Shown piece after piece: positions 61,781-64,000 of a DNA stretch of 64,000 bases. Made by a program: the position numbers and the translations under genes. This stretch comes from Antedon mediterranea (taxonomy: Eukaryota; Animalia; Echinodermata), in assembly GCF_964355755.1 (NCBI RefSeq), contig NC_092672.1, positions 18,613,237-18,677,236 of the forward strand, in the 5' to 3' direction. Position 1 is the first letter of the stretch. Every line of letters begins with the position of its first letter. The notes under the pieces are model-generated. The model saw only the letters and a program-made list of their open reading frames with translations, made no database searches and was not told the origin of the DNA.

Positions 61781-63934
61781 ATGAAGCAAGAACCAGACAA
61801 GAATGAACCAGTAAGTATCAACACTTTCATTTTTTCTGCTAAGTAGGCCTAGGCTAGGCCTAGGCCTAGCATGAAAGCAACCTGTCTGTAGACACAGGTT
61901 TCTCTTACCCATATTTGCCTAGCCTAGGCCTAGGCCTAGTCTAGGCCTAATAAAAAGCTAATTTATCTTGATGTAAATTTAATAGACATGCTATCCATTA
62001 TTGCGTTTTAGTTTAGCTGCAACGACCGAGTTTCAAAGGATATGACTCGACCGAGAGTACATTTCCGTGGAACCAGTGAGAAAAGGCTATCAGGAAATCA
62101 CAAAGAGGTCACAGAAAAGGTTGCTGATGAACCCAAACAGAAAAGTGAGTGTAACGCAGTTTGGAAACCAACGGATCGAGATGAAGAAAACAGTCCATGT
62201 AGATCACCAGCTGGTCCCTCTGGCGATTTGTACCTTCAGGAACAATCATTAACTAAACATGGAATTTTGCCCAATATATCAAGTGGGACCAAACGAACCA
62301 TTACTTCAGATACAGCAATAACAACCAAGGTAAAACCTAGGAACTCTCTTCTAACACAACAAAGACCACCCTTTGTTGTTGGAAAACACAAACAGGATCC
62401 TGTACCATTGTCAATGAAGTTTGGTCAAAATCGAGCACACTCAGCTTTTGCTCCAAATGTCAGTAATAAGTTTCATCAAGCTTGCTTTTCCCAACCTCAA
62501 GAATCTATACTTAAATCAACTTTGATAAAATCTCGAAAAAAAAATTTGCGAATGTCTACAACAGAAAACACAAATGGAGAAAATACTGTTCAAAAACATG
62601 ATCAGCATTTGAGTTGCATCGCAGAAATAAGTAAAAATAATCAATCCTTTATGTTATTCAATGATGCTTCCACACAATCATGCTTTGAAAAACGCAAATA
62701 TTTTATTGAAAAGCACAAACAGATATCACGTGGTATTTTGTTAGACCCATTGGTTGAAAACATTATCATTAAAGCTGAAAACGACGAAATGGTACAAGGT
62801 GATTTGAAAAAAGAGAAAAAGAATCCTTGCACCGAATTAAAAGATACAGAGAGAAAGACTGATTCAAGCTACATCAAACAAGTTGAAATGGATAGCAATA
62901 ATTCCCGTAATGATAAAGTGATATGTCAGTATAAAATAAAGACAAAAACAAGTAAACATATTTCAAGTGAAGAGAATAAGATGGAAATAAAAGATGAGGT
63001 AATAGAAAATACAGATTTGTTGCCGCAAAATGATTTCAATATAAATAATCAACCTTTACAACATAGTGATCTAATTTTGGAAAAATTAACGTTTAATGTA
63101 GATTATTGTAATGACAAAGAACGCTTCCTGACAACAGATGATCAGATAGAGGGTGAGAAAGAATCTAACACGACGATGGAAGTAGATAAAGAACACGAAC
63201 TACCGATTGAAGTTGTCAATAATTGTGAAATATCTGATAAGCAACCCGATGTCTTACCTAATTGCGAAATTGATATCCAACATGAAAATAGAAAAATTGA
63301 AGTTAGTGAAGAAATTGAAACCACTGATCAGTGTGCCGAAATGGAGGAAACAGAACCTGCAGCAACTGTCTTGGCTATAAACTACTCTGCTAATGATACT
63401 CCAAAATGTAATGATGCCCTCACCACTTTTTCTGCTAATCAAGAATTGAACATTGATGATAAAGAAGATAAAGTAGAAACCACAACCGGCAGTAGTGCTG
63501 AACAAATATGTGACATTGAAAATGATGAATCTGTGGATGTTATTCAAAGATTTGCAATTAGTCACAACCCAATCGGCCGTGTAAAGGGTAATACGGCATT
63601 TGATCATGCGTTTGACAAGCTGTTGACTCTTGAATATTACGGAAATCTTTTGGCAAGGTTGTCGAAACATTCTCAAATTCGACTCATTGAAGCTTTGAAT
63701 CTAGTAAGCCGGAATGACCGAGTGTACAATGCTGCGCTAAAGAGCGAAGCGTCAGTGGAACTAGACAAAGCACTTGACGTGTTCTTAGGTCAATTTGCAA
63801 ACTCACTCATGTCATATTATAATGTAGCTGCATCTGAAGCTAATGCTTCTACCTTTTATAAGTGGTTCAGTCAAGCTGAGAATGAAATGGCAGCTGATCT
63901 TACTGAAGCAGGAGACGCCAACGACAACTTTTAG
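61781..63934 (+). CDS. Uncharacterised ~650-aa protein: long low-complexity, acidic/charged region with a likely helical C-terminal ~110 aa
   Basis: A 1.9-kb stop-free ORF in AT-rich DNA. Upstream mini-exon 61781-61810 (ATG AAG CAA GAA CCA GAC AAG AAT GAA CCA|gtaagt) splices in frame to the acceptor at 62010-62011, so exon 2 is 62012-63934. No family recognised. Confidence 0.75.
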
Positions 63935-64000
63935 CGTGTGTTTTGTTTTTAAATCCACCGAAAACGTAGCATATTTTCATAGTTTCCTGAAATAAATTTC

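Noticed and set aside
62641-63676. Minus-strand ORFs overlapping the 630-aa ORF
   Set aside because: Antisense shadows of the real ORF, with no CTR N-terminal motifs.

Overview
AT-rich, intron-containing eukaryotic DNA from an invertebrate animal (an echinoderm-like deuterostome is my guess, not shown). I could reconstruct four spliced genes by hand. (1) The last three coding exons of ZMAT5 (U11/U12-20K, + strand, 4308-10828). (2) A complete 18-exon GIT1/2 ArfGAP gene (- strand, 53965-27692, 739 aa). (3) The two 3' coding exons of a CTR/SLC31 copper transporter (- strand, 60238-58519). (4) An unidentified 650-aa two-exon gene (+ strand, 61781-63934) that may be nested in the CTR intron. The rest is dense in mobile DNA: one intact non-LTR retrotransposon, decayed L2/CR1/RTE LINEs, hAT, mariner and Harbinger-type MITEs, Helentron-associated (HINE/DINE-1-like) elements, tRNA-derived SINE relics and several minisatellites. 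Two things stand out. First, the intact LINE encodes one ORF arranged as signal peptide + duplicated Cys/aromatic domain + 2A-like DIEVNPGP + endonuclease/RT. Second, several intronic minisatellites carry splice signals on the sense strand, and two of them parse unit by unit as GT..AG mini-intron plus frame-preserving micro-exon. All calls come from reading the sequence by eye; no searches or predictors were run.
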